From NCBI RefSeq assembly GCF_006345805.1, contig NC_043000.1:121830001-121894000 (forward strand): 64,000 nucleotides of DNA. Reading direction: 5' to 3'. This stretch comes from Octopus sinensis. Taxonomy: Eukaryota. Below are positions 1-13,219 of the stretch, piece by piece; position 1 is the stretch's first letter, and every line of letters begins with the position of its first letter. The position numbers and the translations under genes were made by a program. Below the pieces are notes generated by a model. The model was not told the DNA's origin, ran no database searches, and saw only the letters and a list, made by a program, of their open reading frames with translations.

Positions 1-676
1 CCAGATGGGTGAATTGCACAACCAGGGAACGCACACATACACGTGTGTGTTTTTTGATTGTGCAATTCGCCCATATGCATGTATGCGGGCGCGATAACAT
101 TGTTGCATATATCGAGCCTAAATAGCATGCATATGTACATGTGAGGGGTACACGCAAATGACGTGCGCGTGTACCCCCTGCATTTATACCCGTGCGTAAT
201 ATACACATGGAGACTACCACACAGGTACAAATGTGTATAGTAATGGGAGCCCCATCACTACACTCAATGTATTCTATGCGTATGGGTGTATATATAGTTT
301 ATTATTATATTATTATTATTTTTTTTTTTGTTTTGTTTTATATTTTATATTTTATATTTTATATTTAATTGTTGATAGGTTTTTTTAGTTTATATATTGT
401 TTATATATTGTTTATATATGGATTATAGATAGGTTATATATGGATTATATACTTATATTTTTTCATTCATACTTTAATTATTTTAAAATTATTATTTTTA
501 TATTTTAAAATATTGATTTTTTTAGATTGGAAGTCCACCTGAAGATTGTCGATCAAGACAAGAAACGATTGTAGTGGCGGTTTTTTTTTGACTATTTATT
601 AAAATTTTATGTATTAATTAAGTCTTTCCTTGTTTGTTTTGCAAAATAGTGGTTTTGTCTCGAATAATATTTTATA
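1..676 (+). repeat. 5' pseudo-LTR (cut by window edge)
   Basis: Near-identical to 4078-4758, with only a few substitutions and indels in T-runs. Confidence 0.92.
535..577 (+). ncRNA. Type I minimal hammerhead ribozyme
   Basis: ccac-CTGAAGA-ttgtc gatcaa gacaa-GAAA-cgattg-TA-gtgg: stem I ccac/gtgg, stem II ttgtc/gacaa, predicted GUA cleavage after 573. Confidence 0.88.
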
Positions 677-811
677 ATATTTTAATATAAAATCGATTTA
701 ATCCTAAATCTGATTTTTTCCCTGTAAATTTGGATTTATTCCCTAATATTTATTATTTATATAATATTGATAATTTTGTATATTGTGTGTAATACCTCAA
801 TCTCGTAAATT

Positions 812-1984
812 ATGGATTTTACAGGTAAGATAGAACCGCTGTTTTGGGATTCATCTTTGAAAGATATTCCTATTCCTTCTAGAAAGGAATTTATTTTGAA
901 ACTTGTTAATAACGTTAAAGATTTTATTTCTAGAATTAAATGGAAAGCTTTTTACTATAATTTTTATTTATTTAATGATATTGATAGTAGGAATGATAAT
1001 TTTACCTCTAAATTTAAATCTAGAAAGGAACCTCCATTTAATAAAGAATTACAATTACTTGAAGATAGTATATGGAAGGTGGTAAAAAATATTGAATTCC
1101 ATAAATACCCAAATAGAAATAATGAATATTTAAGGAATTTAGCAATTAAAATTAAAGATATGAGAAATATGGATGGTATTATAGTACAATCTGATAAAAC
1201 AAGGAACTTATATAAATTAGATGTTAAATTATATGATAAACTATTAGGGAAAGAAATAATTAAAAAATATAAAATTGTTCCAGATGATATTCTTTATAAT
1301 ATTAATAAGGCCTCTAAAGTAGTAATGTTAAAATATGAGTTGGATAATAAAACTGAACCTTATGTACCTTTGCACCCCAGAATTACTCTTAAAGACCATA
1401 AAGATAATTTTTATTCAGACCCTAAAGTTAGATTAATTTGCCCATGTAAATCGGATCTAGGTAAATTAAGTAAATTTATTTTAGATAAATATATTGATAA
1501 GTTAAATAAACTTAATTATTTAAAATTATGGTTTAGTAATAATAATACATTGAAATGGTTTAATAATATTAAAGATAAAAATCGTTATAAATTTATTCAA
1601 ATAGATATAGATAATTATTATTCTTCTATTAATGAAATTGTGTTTAATAAAGCGCTTATTTTCGCAATGAATAAAGCGGGTATGTCACGGGAAGAAGTTA
1701 ATGTAATTAAAATGGCTAGGAAATCGCTAATTAAATATAAAAATAAATTATGGGCTAGGAATGATACTAGAGATTGTTTTGATATACCTATGGGAGCACC
1801 AGATTCTGCACAGGCTACTGATTTAGTAGGTATTTTTCTTTTATCTGAACTCCAATTAGAAAATCTTAAGATAGAGGGTGGTTTATATAGAGACGATCTT
1901 CTACTAGTTACAAAAAATTGTACTAATAGGAATCTAGAAGTATATAAGAAAAACTATATGGTTTCTTTAAAAGATATGGTTTAA
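812..1984 (+). CDS. Penelope-type reverse transcriptase (N-terminal part; coding continues after a frameshift)
   Basis: 390-aa ORF with SDKTRNLY, RITLKDHK, RLICPCKSDLG, QIDIDNYYSSI, PMGAPDSAQ and YRDD motifs. Confidence 0.9.
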   Translation: MDFTGKIEPLFWDSSLKDIPIPSRKEFILKLVNNVKDFISRIKWKAFYYNFYLFNDIDSRNDNFTSKFKSRKEPPFNKELQLLEDSIWKVVKNIEFHKYPNRNNEYLRNLAIKIKDMRNMDGIIVQSDKTRNLYKLDVKLYDKLLGKEIIKKYKIVPDDILYNINKASKVVMLKYELDNKTEPYVPLHPRITLKDHKDNFYSDPKVRLICPCKSDLGKLSKFILDKYIDKLNKLNYLKLWFSNNNTLKWFNNIKDKNRYKFIQIDIDNYYSSINEIVFNKALIFAMNKAGMSREEVNVIKMARKSLIKYKNKLWARNDTRDCFDIPMGAPDSAQATDLVGIFLLSELQLENLKIEGGLYRDDLLLVTKNCTNRNLEVYKKNYMVSLKDMV

Positions 1985-2929
1985 GTATTACTATATATAA
2001 GGAGAATTATAACGTTAATTATTTAGATGTTAATTTTAATCTTATTACAGGTAAAACACAACCATATCATAACTTAATGAGAACCTTAGATATATAAATG
2101 TTAATAGTAATCACCCATTTTCTATTAAAAAATCGTTGATTAATAATATAAGTAAACGTATTTCATTACTCTCTTATGATATAGAGATTTTTAATAAACA
2201 TGCTAATTATTATAATGAGGCCTTAGAGGGGCAGGTTATAATAGGAATATTAATTTTATAATATTAGTGATAAAGATTTAATTGTTAATTTTCGAGATAC
2301 TTCTAATAATAATTATAATTTTGTTAGGTTTAGTGGTAAAAATAATAGATATTTTTAAAAAAATAATAAAAATGATAAAAATATAAATAAGAATAATAAT
2401 AATAATAATAAATATAATAATAATAATATAAATAAGAATAATATAAATAAAAATAAATTTAATAATTATTATAATAATTATATTGATAAATTTAATAATA
2501 TTAATAATTCCTTAAATGCTGTACATAGATATAATTATGATAATAATTTTAATAAAATAAAGAATAATAAATATATTTATAATAATGATAATAATAATAA
2601 GGTTAATAAGAATAAAATTTGGTTAATAGTTCCTTATGGAGATCAAGTAAAAACGAATATTATTAAGAGATTTTAGATGTTATAGAACTATTTATTAGAG
2701 ATAATCGTAAATATAGAAACATTTTCTCTTTTAATAATTTTGGAGTTGGTTACTCTACCACTAATAATGTTGGTAACATTATTTCTTCATTTAATAAATA
2801 TAAACTGAATAATTTTTATAAAAGAAATTATTTGATAATAATATTAATAATGATAAGACTTATATTAATTGTACATGTAGAGATAAATCTAATTGTATAT
2901 TAAATAATAATTGTGATATTAACGATGTA
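1985..2929 (+). pseudogene. Frameshifted continuation of the Penelope ORF (RT thumb, Asn-rich linker, CxC/Cys motif)
   Basis: Readable in shifting frames: VNYLDVNFNL, YINVNSNHPFSIKK, KIWLIVPYGDQVKTNI, VGYSTTNN, NCTCRDKSNCILNNNC. Confidence 0.8.
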
Positions 2930-3322
2930 GTGTATAAATGTATAGTTACATTACATGATAATAACTTTAAGAATAATAATTACAAAAAAGCGGTTTATAT
3001 AGGTTCTACTTCCTCAAAAATAAAACTAAGAATCGCACAACATATGAATTCTTTTAAAAATAAAAACTTAATCAACTCAACCGGACTTAGTAAGTACATT
3101 TGGAGTCTTAAATCACTAAATATTAATTATAGTTTAATTTGGGAAATAATTTGTAAAACTAAATCATATACTATAGGAGCTAATTGTTGTTATTTATGCT
3201 CTAATGAGTTTAAAGAAATTTTATTTTATAAGTATGATAATTTACTTAATACTGGCGAGGAGCGCAAAATAAAATGCAGACATAAGTTACTTTACCTATA
3301 TAATAAGTTTCATGATAAATAG
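2930..3322 (+). CDS. GIY-YIG endonuclease domain of the Penelope element
   Basis: VYIGST..KLRIAQH..SF, STGLSKYIW, CYLCSNE, LLN and KCRH (CCHH-type PLE endonuclease). Confidence 0.9.
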   Translation: MYKCIVTLHDNNFKNNNYKKAVYIGSTSSKIKLRIAQHMNSFKNKNLINSTGLSKYIWSLKSLNINYSLIWEIICKTKSYTIGANCCYLCSNEFKEILFYKYDNLLNTGEERKIKCRHKLLYLYNKFHDK

Positions 3323-4077
3323 CAATAATAGTTCCCTTTTAAGTTACTTTAGTTTAGTTTAAATTAGTTTAGATAATATATTTTTGGTTATGTTGTCTAG
3401 GCTTTAATTATAGTTAGTCTTTATTTATATTTCTTTGTTTTAATTAGTTCATTTTTAATGTATATATTTTGGAGGATATATTTATATGTTTATGGGTGTT
3501 ATTTAGTGGTGTTTTTATTGAGTTTTGTATGTATGTGTGAATGTTTAAGATCCCTTTGTTTTTTGTTTTTCATTTGGTATGTTGAATTGAAAGATTTTAT
3601 TGGGTATTGTCTGTTATAATAAAGTACACACACCCATAACAAATATAGGTACCCACTTCATTCGATGTACCTGGAATTGCATGTGAGCCTCGGCATATAC
3701 ACCTAACGGCCACTCCCGCCCCACATGGATAAATAAACACATACATCCCCAAAAATGGGCGTAATCCCATTCACACCAATTATATGTATACAATTATACA
3801 CACTAGAATAATACATAACTAACCCAAATATACAGAACATACTAAAAATCACCAACTAACCACTATCACAAATGAAACCCACACCCATACAATGACAAAA
3901 TTCCCCCCTCCATACCCAATTTACACCCACATAGTAATCCCAATATATTCATCCATATATGGACGCAAGTGCGTGAAGTACATGCACACAATTAATAAGT
4001 ACAACCCCCTAATACACACTTATATAAATTTGTATTAAGCTCGACATCCACAGTGATAAGATTACTCCCACTCACAC

Positions 4078-4748
4078 CCAGATGGGTGAATTGCACAACC
4101 AGGGAACGCACACATACACGTGTGTGTTTTTTGATTGTGCAATTCGCCCATATGCATGTATGCGGGCGCGATAACATTGTTGCATATATCGAGCCTAAAT
4201 AGCATGCATATGTACATGTGAGGGGTACACGCAAATGACGTGCGCGTGTACCCCCTGCATTTATACCCGTGCGTAATATACACATGGAGACTACCACACA
4301 GGTACAAATGTGTATAGTAATGGGAGCCCCATCACTACACTCAATGTATACTATGCGTATGGGTGTATATATAGTTTATTATTATATTATTATTATTTTT
4401 TTTTTTGTTTTGTTTTATATTTTATATTTTATATTTTATATTTTATATTTAATTGTTGATAGGTTTTTTTAGTTTATATATTGTTTATATATTGTTTATA
4501 TATGGATTATAGATAGGTTATATATGGATGATATACTTATATTTTTTCATTCATACTTTAATTATTTTAAAATTATTATTTTTATATTTTAAAATATTGA
4601 TTTTTTAGATTGGAAGTCCACCTGAAGATTGTCGATCAAGACAAGAAACGATTGTAGTGGCGGTTTTTTTTAACTATTTATTAAAATTTTATGTATTAAT
4701 TAAGTCTTTCCTTGTTTGTTTTGCAAAATAGTGGTTTTGTCTCGAATA

Positions 4749-4758
<10 letters not shown>
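4078..4758 (+). repeat. 3' pseudo-LTR copy
   Basis: Direct repeat of 1-676; runs into (TA)n(GA)n. Confidence 0.92.
4618..4660 (+). ncRNA. Type I minimal hammerhead ribozyme (second copy)
   Basis: Identical to 535-577. Confidence 0.88.
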
Positions 4759-4800
<42 letters not shown>

Positions 4801-6267
4801 TAGATAGATAGATGGATATATATATATGTATATATATGTGTGTATATATATACGCATATATACATATATGTATATGAATGTTATGCCTACAGGAAATATG
4901 GATTTGAATTCCACGGTCAACCGTTGACTTTTTCGGTTAGTCTACTAATAAACCAAATACGTGAAATAAGTAACGAAAATTCAATATATTGCTACACCAA
5001 TATAACATACCCAACAACAGTGATTTATGTGACTTGTTATGAAGGAGATGATTTACGTGACTTCTTATGAAGGAGATGTTTTGCCCCATTTCAGGTTGGC
5101 TGGCTTGTCTGAAAAGACTGGATATTTCGATGCATTCTTTCAATGACCAAACTGCTTACTGTTGCAGTAGGATTCAGACCATCAGAATATCGAATTTTCC
5201 ATAGATCGGAGAAATTGTCCGAATTGTGAAATCCAGTGAACTCTGCTAAAGACACTCGAATGCCATATGGTGGGTCTGTTAAATGTGCCATGATATTATA
5301 TTGACTCGTGAAGATTTATCTTTATATTTGCTCAAATATATCGATTCCTTTTAAATGTTCATGCGACCAGAATATATCATGTCCTTTACGGTAACAAATA
5401 TGCTAATTTGACGAAGCCTAACTGTCACACATTTCTAAGAAATTCCACCATAGATCAATACTTCTCAGAACCGTATTTCACTGCTTTAGTTCTTCTCATC
5501 GCTTCAGTATAGTTTTCGCACAGGTACAAACTAATAGTAACTAATATTAATGATTTTACTTATAGTAACTAATACTAATGATACTAATGATTTTTAAAAT
5601 TTTATATCATGGCAGATACCGTATACAGAAGAGTGGCATACAATAACGCCTTATCTTGCAGCTGAATTCCAAATAACCAATATAAGACTAAATTTAAATA
5701 TAGGGAGTGAACTATATATATTCTCTCAAGTAAATATATGACATGCCTAATGTGATCTACAAAAGAATATATTGCAAAGTTTTCAAATAACTAAATTAAA
5801 ACATCTCTGGAATTTATGGAATTATATTCACATCTACAGCAGATACGATTAAATTCTTACATCAGATAACTGGGGTTTTTTTATTCTTATATAAGCACAA
5901 CATTTTGTTTAGCACAAATAACTGGAGATAAAGACGTTTGTAAATGATACCTGCAAGTTATTTTCTGTTTTAAGTTAAAATTAGTTTTCGAGATTTATAA
6001 AACAATCCACCTGAATAAGATACGACAGACTCATCTGCGTTACTTTTCATTCCGTGATCGATTTTGAAGTTTGGTGAAAATTAATGTTAAAGACGAAAGC
6101 ATAAATTGCATGCGCGATAGCGTATGGAACGAGATTACGAATAGCCCTAAATTCGTCCGGTAGACGGAAGCTGTAAGATTCCTGTCGTATATCTATATAT
6201 ATATATATATGTAAGGAAAATAAGACAAGGTAGGAAATACTAAATTAATTTTATCATGAAGCACATT

Positions 6268-6305
6268 TTAGTACCGGTTTCTGCCTTTTAGACTTTTTCA
6301 ACTGA
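6268..6305 (-). ncRNA. Degenerate hammerhead-like motif (U3:A8 core) in a pseudo-LTR fragment
   Basis: Minus strand cag-TTGAAAA-agtct aaa aggca-GAAA-ccgg-TA-cta; palindromic stem III, weak stem I; next to (TA)n. Confidence 0.45.
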
Positions 6306-6393
6306 AAGTAAGATGTGAAAAACATTTAAATTGGAGAAAACAATCGAGTGAAATGTTTTGTAGATATTTCCATCGTCTTTAGATAGTGTCTTT

Positions 6394-6426
<33 letters not shown>

Positions 6427-7899
6427 ATTCCTTTGTGAATGACTTGTAGGTGCGTAGTAGTAAATATATATGTATAAAAGTGTGTGTGTGTGTGTGTGTG
6501 TGTTTTGTGTTTGTGTCTGTCCCCTAGAGCTATTTGTCAACCGGTTAAGAAATGTTTACGTCTCTGTAAATAGACTGGTTCAGCACAAGAGACCGATGAA
6601 ATCGATACCATGCTTACCATCATACGTTCTGGAGCCACTTCGTAGACTAACCGCTCTTAGAAATGGTACCCCACATGGCCGCAGCCTAATGATTGAAGCA
6701 AGTAAAGGATAATAGAAATATATGAATGTGAATAATTCTTCTGAATGAAATTTTTGGTCAATTTTGGTAATATATTGAATTTTGCTGTGTTATGATTAGC
6801 TACACTGTCCTTATAGAGGAGAGAAAATATTGATTACACAAGTTATATAAGTATTTTGATCTAGTTTTTGATCCCTATATGCGAATGTCCTCATATATGA
6901 ATGTTCTTTTCGTAATTAACTTTTGCAAAATATTCATAGTAATTTTCGTATTTCTTCATTCGTTGTAATATAGTAAATTGTGCTATGTTTCAGTTTTCTA
7001 TAATATACAAGAAGTAAGAAAAGTACGAGAACAAGGTATTGAGCCAATGGACACCATATTGGTGAAAATAGTATCGGTTTTAATGTCAGAAGCATACTCT
7101 GAGAAATTGCATTACTGCTCAAATACAATCAATGTATTTTATAAAACGATGATACTTTCTGTGTAAAGCATTCCAAAAATTATCACAACTTTATTGTTAT
7201 TACTTAATACTCTACACGTTAGGTACAATATTCTGCCATAGCATAATGGATATACAGACATTATGAAAAAAATTGTCGGTCGCATTGTATTTCATTCCAG
7301 TTGAGAGACCTAATGCTTCCTGTTGCCTCACCTTTGTATTTATATATATATATATATATATATAAGCATCCACTACACTGCATTAATCTAATCTAGGCCT
7401 TTATGTGAAAACAGCTCATAGGAATAAGTTTCATCAATGAAACGCCTTATAGTCCCTGCCGCAAACGATCATGTAATCGTGTCGTTAGTCATTAGAATAT
7501 GCAATAAGAAGCTTCGCGGCGAGTACATTTTGTAAACACAGAAAACTAAATATGGCTAAAATGAACATCAGATGAAATGAATCGAAAATAGGTCATAGTT
7601 AAATAATTGAGTCACACAAGTACACAAAACCACTCACAACTTGAGTGTACGTTGCGGAATAAACCAGTCAAAATGTTACTGGTATTTATTTCATCCAGAC
7701 AGTAAGTACGAAAAGAAAGTACCGCTTTCAGTAAATGAAAAGTAATTCAAATATATTGTGTTTTGGAATGCTTGCATTCAATTTGTTTCAAGGAAAGCGC
7801 GTTAATAATGTTCATATCAGCAGATAAATCGATACCCGATCAACCTGGACGTGTACTTAATTGATCAAAAGCCACAAATGCAAATAACAAGACAATCAC

Positions 7900-8850
7900 A
7901 AACCATTTATGAAAACAGAATAACGAAGCGAACAGTTATCAGCCTGTAACCTATATAAATCGGAAAGTTAGATATGGTTCTAGAGACACAAGAAAAATAC
8001 AACAACCGCAAATCTCAATAAACTTCACAATATACACCAAATAAATGGTAGCAGAAAAGAACAGTTGAAATTATGGAGAGATCTGTACATGAGAAGAATC
8101 TCAGAGAAATTTATCTAAATTTAGAAAATGTTAGTAAGGATAATAATCCTAAGATGGAAATACTTCTGTGTAGGTCTGAGAGATGTATAGTTCTAGTGAT
8201 AAGCGTAAAGATGAAAGATTTGTGATAAAAATATGGGGGAATCTTTTTTATATTTAATGCTGAAGGAGTTATTATGCAAGCATCGGAAATTGATGCAAAG
8301 ATTAGTTTCCTCGTAATAAAAACGCCTACACAAAAGACAGCAATAACTTCTCTCAGTTATCACAATTTTGGAATCTAACATTGTAGAGAAAAATAGATAA
8401 CCAAAGTAAGTACCAAGAAATCCTGCATTCTTTGATATACGAAAATATGAAACCCAAATAAGGAGTACACTTTTCAAAATCATCCGTAGTTCAATAAGAA
8501 TATGAAAACGAATTAGAACTAGTGTAAATCATAGGATTCCAAGAGTTGGAGTATATTGTCAAATCACAAGAATATGACAAACTGGAAATTCAGAACCGAA
8601 CGATTTCAAAAATATCTCATGAAAAATGAAACAAATTCAGAAGTGAAAATAGATGATTTTTCGCATTGAAAAATAGATACAAGATGGATTTCTATTGGGC
8701 AGAATGTTAAGAAAAACGCATCGGTAGGAAACGCTGTGAAGTGTAATATCAATCTAAGAAGAAGGAAAACATTGGATAAGTTAGAATATAACAAACTAGT
8801 AAGTGCTCCGGTAGTTCAGTTCCTGTCAAGTTCTGGTTATAATAGATAAC
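7900..8850 (+). mobile_element. Highly decayed non-LTR (CR1/L2-like) LINE fragment
   Basis: A-rich decayed coding-like sequence loosely resembling a LINE ORF2 C-terminus; no intact motif. Confidence 0.3.
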
Positions 8851-9033
8851 CAACATGAATATCGGGTGGGCTAAAAATATTAGCAAAATATCCCTCAATT
8901 CACCCTCACCCATTTTTGGTTCCTAGTAAGTTAGCAGATTATATTAAATAAACCAAACGTGTATATATAGACTATATATTTGAAAACAGGAAGGATTGCC
9001 ATGGCAAAAGCGTCTTAGAACATAATGTTAGGT

Positions 9034-9245
9034 TTACTCTCTTTTACTCTCTTTACTTGTTTCAGTCTTTTATCTGCGACGATGCTGGAGCACCGCCTTT
9101 AGCCTAGCAAATGGGCCCCAGGACTTATTCTTTATAAGCCTAGTACTTATTCTATCGGTCTCTTTTGCCGAACCGCTAAGTTACGGGGACGTAAACACAC
9201 AAGCATCGGTTGTCAAGCGATGTTGGGGGGATAAACACAGACATA

Positions 9246-9294
<49 letters not shown>

Positions 9295-9464
9295 GTATAT
9301 ACGACGGGCTTCTTTCAGTTTCCGTCTACCAAATCCACTCACAAGGCTTTGGTCGGCCCGAGGTTATAGTAGAAGACACTTGCCCTAGGAGCCATGCAGT
9401 GGGACTGAACCCTGGACTATGTGGTTGGTAAGCAATCTAGTTAGCACACAGCCACTCCTGCACC
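9034..9464 (-). mobile_element. SINE family A (tRNA-like head, CORE-like CCTTGGGCAAGTGTCTT, internal (TA)/(TG)n, GTAAAAGA tail)
   Basis: Matches copies at 20950, 39368, 56878/60057, 61010 and 62238. Confidence 0.85.
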
Positions 9465-10135
9465 TGGTCGTAACAAAGAAAAAAAGATTTTCAATTCTAT
9501 TCAACTATCCAGGAAAACAAAAAGCGATGATACAATGTCTCAGATGTCAATGATATACGTAAGTACGTTTTCCGATATGCTCAGTACTCTCTTAAAAAAT
9601 AAAACGTAATGATATTCAAGTTCCAAATAGTAGAATTTAGAGAGAAAACATTTGAGTAAATCTCTCCCAGGAGAGGCGACAGAAGCAGTGGGTAGAATTA
9701 AATAGATGCATGCGAAATTTGAGAATGAAACCGGTTTGCAACTAGGAAACTATAAATAAGATATACATATGTAGTGGTGGTGGAATTAGAGACTAACGTG
9801 TCTAGTTAGCGTATGAATAATTTCCAATCAACAGGATTGCGCTCGTTTTCACGTCCTCTCAGCTAACATGTTTAGTAGCGGCAGCGATATTCTAGATGTG
9901 GATGTGTGGATTTCACTTACGTTTGCTAAAATAGCAGCTATTAGAGTTTAATTTATTTCCTTCTTCTGAAGATAACATCTATAACTTGTAATGCAATTTT
10001 TTTATATTCTATTAATCCGAAATCACCAGCGATTTTAATACGTGCCATGGATGATACGTGGCATGTAAATAGAAACATTTAAGATACAATTCGCAGGAAT
10101 ATGATGAATTGCATGATTAGAGATGTGAAGACAGA

Positions 10136-10367
10136 AGGTCGGTGAGCTGGCAGAATCGTTAACACGCAGGGCGAAATGTTTGTCAGTATTTCGTCTGCCG
10201 TTACGTTCTGAGTTCAAATTCCGCCGAGGTCGACTTTGCAGTTCATCCTTTCGGGGTCGATAAATTAAGTACCAGTTACGCACTGGGGTCCATGTAATCG
10301 ACGTAATCCGTTTGTCTGTCCTTGTTTGTCCTCTCTATGTTTAGCCTCTTGTGGGTAATAAAAGAAA
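10136..10367 (+). mobile_element. SINE family B (GGCGAGCTGGCAGAA head; GAGTTCAAATTCC B-box; TTCATCCTTTCGGGGTCGATAAA core)
   Basis: Many dispersed copies in the window. Confidence 0.85.
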
Positions 10368-10649
10368 CGGATTAGAGATATGAAGACAGAACACTGGAGG
10401 ACATCACAGACTAGCGTATTAAATCTGCTGAAATATACTCTGTTTTTGAAAAATGAAATACACTATCGACCTGAAATATATATTTGTAGGTTTCGAGGAT
10501 TGTAAACGGACAGATCACTGAAGATGGAATTGTCTTTAGACAGAAAAAAAACGAAATATAAATATCATGTAATTCTTCTGCGGCACATGAAACATAGACA
10601 GAGATTTGCACTTCCATTGATTCTAAATTTTGGCTTATGGTCAGAAATT

Positions 10650-10812
10650 TCGGGGACGTGTTTAAGTCGATGATATCAAGCCTCGTTACTCCACTGGGTA
10701 CTTAAGCTATCGACCGCCGAAGAGATGAAAGACAAATACAACCTCAGCGGAATTTGAACTCGGAACATGAAAATGGACGCGAAATACCTGGCGTGCTAAC
10801 GATCTTGCCAAT
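10650..10812 (-). mobile_element. SINE family B, degenerate
   Basis: gcggaatttgaactcggaac...gcgtgctaacgatc. Confidence 0.6.
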
Positions 10813-10999
10813 TCCTAGATTAACAGTTATATTAGGTGGAGTAATATACAATACAATAAAGTCAGGCATCATATGAGTATGTATTACAATAGAAAATATT
10901 ACGAGTGAATAAAAAATAACATGATTTTTAAAAACTAAATTAGCATTGAGTACTATTAAAAAGGTTTGATAAATTTAGAAACGGTATTCAGGAGCCAGG

Positions 11000-11292
11000 A
11001 TGAACATGGCCTACTGGTTAGAGTAGCGGAGTCGCGGTCGAGAGATTGCGGGTTCGTATCTCAAACCGGGTGGCCTGTGTGTTTATGAGCGAAACACCTA
11101 GGCTCCATGCGGCTCCAGCAGAAGGTAATGGCGAACTTCTGCTGACTCTTTCGCCACAACTTTCTCTCACTCTTTCCTCCTGCATTTTGCAGCTCACCTG
11201 TGGTGGACCGGTGTCCCGCCCAAGTGGGGAACCTATACGCCAAGGAAACCGGGAACCCGGCCCTTATGGCCAGACGTGGCTTGAGAAGGAAC
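11000..11292 (+). mobile_element. SINE family C (tRNA-derived head, V-domain-like core)
   Basis: A-box TGGCCTACTGG, B-box GGTTCGTATC; copies at 38030 and 52425. Confidence 0.8.
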
Positions 11293-11369
11293 CTACGATT
11301 CAGAAGCCAACTATCTTGCAGTCACTAATGCATTCACCTTATAAGTTTTTTCTACTTTCAGTCAGTAGA

Positions 11370-11703
11370 ATGGGGCCATGATTAGGGACTACTTTGCAGG
11401 TTTTAGTTAAACACATAAACCTTAATTTTTAGGACTTTAATGTCGAGTAGTTATGCTATTGGTCTTCTTTTGCCGAACCGCAATGATACAAACAAGTCAA
11501 TACTGTTTATGAAAAGACATTGATGAAAAACATATACATAAATATATACAACTAACTTCGTTCACTTCACCAAATCCACCTGCATATGGTTGGTCTAGGT
11601 CGATAGTGATAGACACATACCAAATTTGCCATGCAATGGGACTGAACGTGAAGTAATGTGGTTGGTAATCAGATTTCTTACCACACAACAACATTTGTGC
11701 CTA
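11370..11703 (-). mobile_element. SINE family A, degenerate
   Basis: ttttgccgaaccg...ccaaatccac...gggactgaac...gtggttggta. Confidence 0.6.
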
Positions 11704-12774
11704 TATTTCGGAAGATATTCAGGTGCATATCGTTGATGTGTAGAATAATTATAACGAACATCTTGAGCTCGGCACATTAGTAGTGTTTTTAAATTATGGT
11801 ACAAAAATAGTAGTTTTGGGAGAGATGTGTAAGGCGTTTACATCGACCCTGGTACTTGCCTATTAAGAATTTTCTTGACCCCGAAATAAGATATACAAGG
11901 AGAGTGTAAGAGCGATTTAAACTCGCAAATGGTGAAAAACATTTTTGTCCGGCGTGCTATGAATGCTAACAGTTCGCTAAAGAATTCTGTAAATTGTACG
12001 ATGCAGATTTGAAAAGGTTATCGATTTTGTTAAATAACAGTCATCTGAAATGTTCGGATTATCGTCATGGAAATGATACTCCGGGGTGATTTGAACCAAT
12101 AACGCAATCATATGAAAACAAAAGCTGAGAAAAATAGTTTATCTGCCATTCTAAACATTGTGCTATTCAACGGTTCATTTGAAAATAGCGATAATAATAA
12201 TGGTTTCAAAAATTAATTTGTTTATTCAATATATTTTATACTTGAATTGTGAAAATGCTATCAAAGAAAACTATTTCCTTTTCCTACAAATAATTCCATC
12301 AAAACTTTAAATTCTATTTTTCTTTCTCGATTCAAATTTCCTGGTTTGTTAGAATTAAATTTGCATGTGAATTACATGTATAATTATCAGAAGGCCAGTT
12401 GTCTATTTCCGTTAGCTTGGTGGAATGAAGGAAGTTGAATTAAATTAGATAATAACATGAAAAATCTTTATACACAAATGAACCACCTGCTGACGTGGTG
12501 ATTTCAATACACGTCTGATGAATCGTACGGCTACCTTACATGTAATTCACGTAACATTGTTAATGTACATTCGATGAATATATTCAGGTATGACCCTGAT
12601 TTTACTGCTTGTATATAATTCAGAGGTAAAATTATACAGGTGATGTTATTCGTATTGTTACATACTAAACGCCATGACCTTGGCTTCTATTACATTATCC
12701 TATATAATTTTATGTGAGGTAACATCCATCCATAGTAAACTGATTTATCCCATCTGAAATATTAAACAATATAT

Positions 12775-12843
<69 letters not shown>

Positions 12844-13156
12844 ATATATGTATATGTATATATATATATTTTATTTTTTACTTGTTTTAGCCGTTATACT
12901 GCAGCCAACCTAGGGCACCGGCTCGAACAATTTTCATTTGAATGTATCGACCTCTGTACTTGTTTTCCAAAAGCCTCATACTTATTCTATCGTTCTCGTT
13001 TTGCTGAACCGCTTGTTAGAAACGTAAATACAGCAGCACAGAAAGTGTGCCAATAGGCAACTGGAGGAGATGTCTTCCTAGTGCTACAAGCTACAGTAGC
13101 ATCCATCCTTTAGGGTTAACCATATTTATGTGGCAAATATACTTCCCTATTGTATG

Positions 13157-13218
<62 letters not shown>

Positions 13219-13219
13219 A

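Larger units (their letters stand above)
1..4758 (+). mobile_element. Penelope-like retroelement (RT + C-terminal GIY-YIG, possibly Nematis-like), near full length with pseudo-LTRs
   Basis: RT ORF with RLICPCKSDLG, IDIDNYYSSI, PMGAPDS and GLYRDD; GIY-YIG endonuclease downstream; ~680-bp direct repeat at both ends, each with a hammerhead; ends in (TA)n. Confidence 0.93.

Noticed and set aside
5091-5291. Short ORF containing TDPPYGIR (methyltransferase-like DPPY motif)
   Set aside because: No other methyltransferase motifs or clear exon boundaries; likely chance within a decayed repeat.
11000-11075. tRNA gene
   Set aside because: tRNA-derived SINE head; no proper cloverleaf, and it continues into a SINE body.
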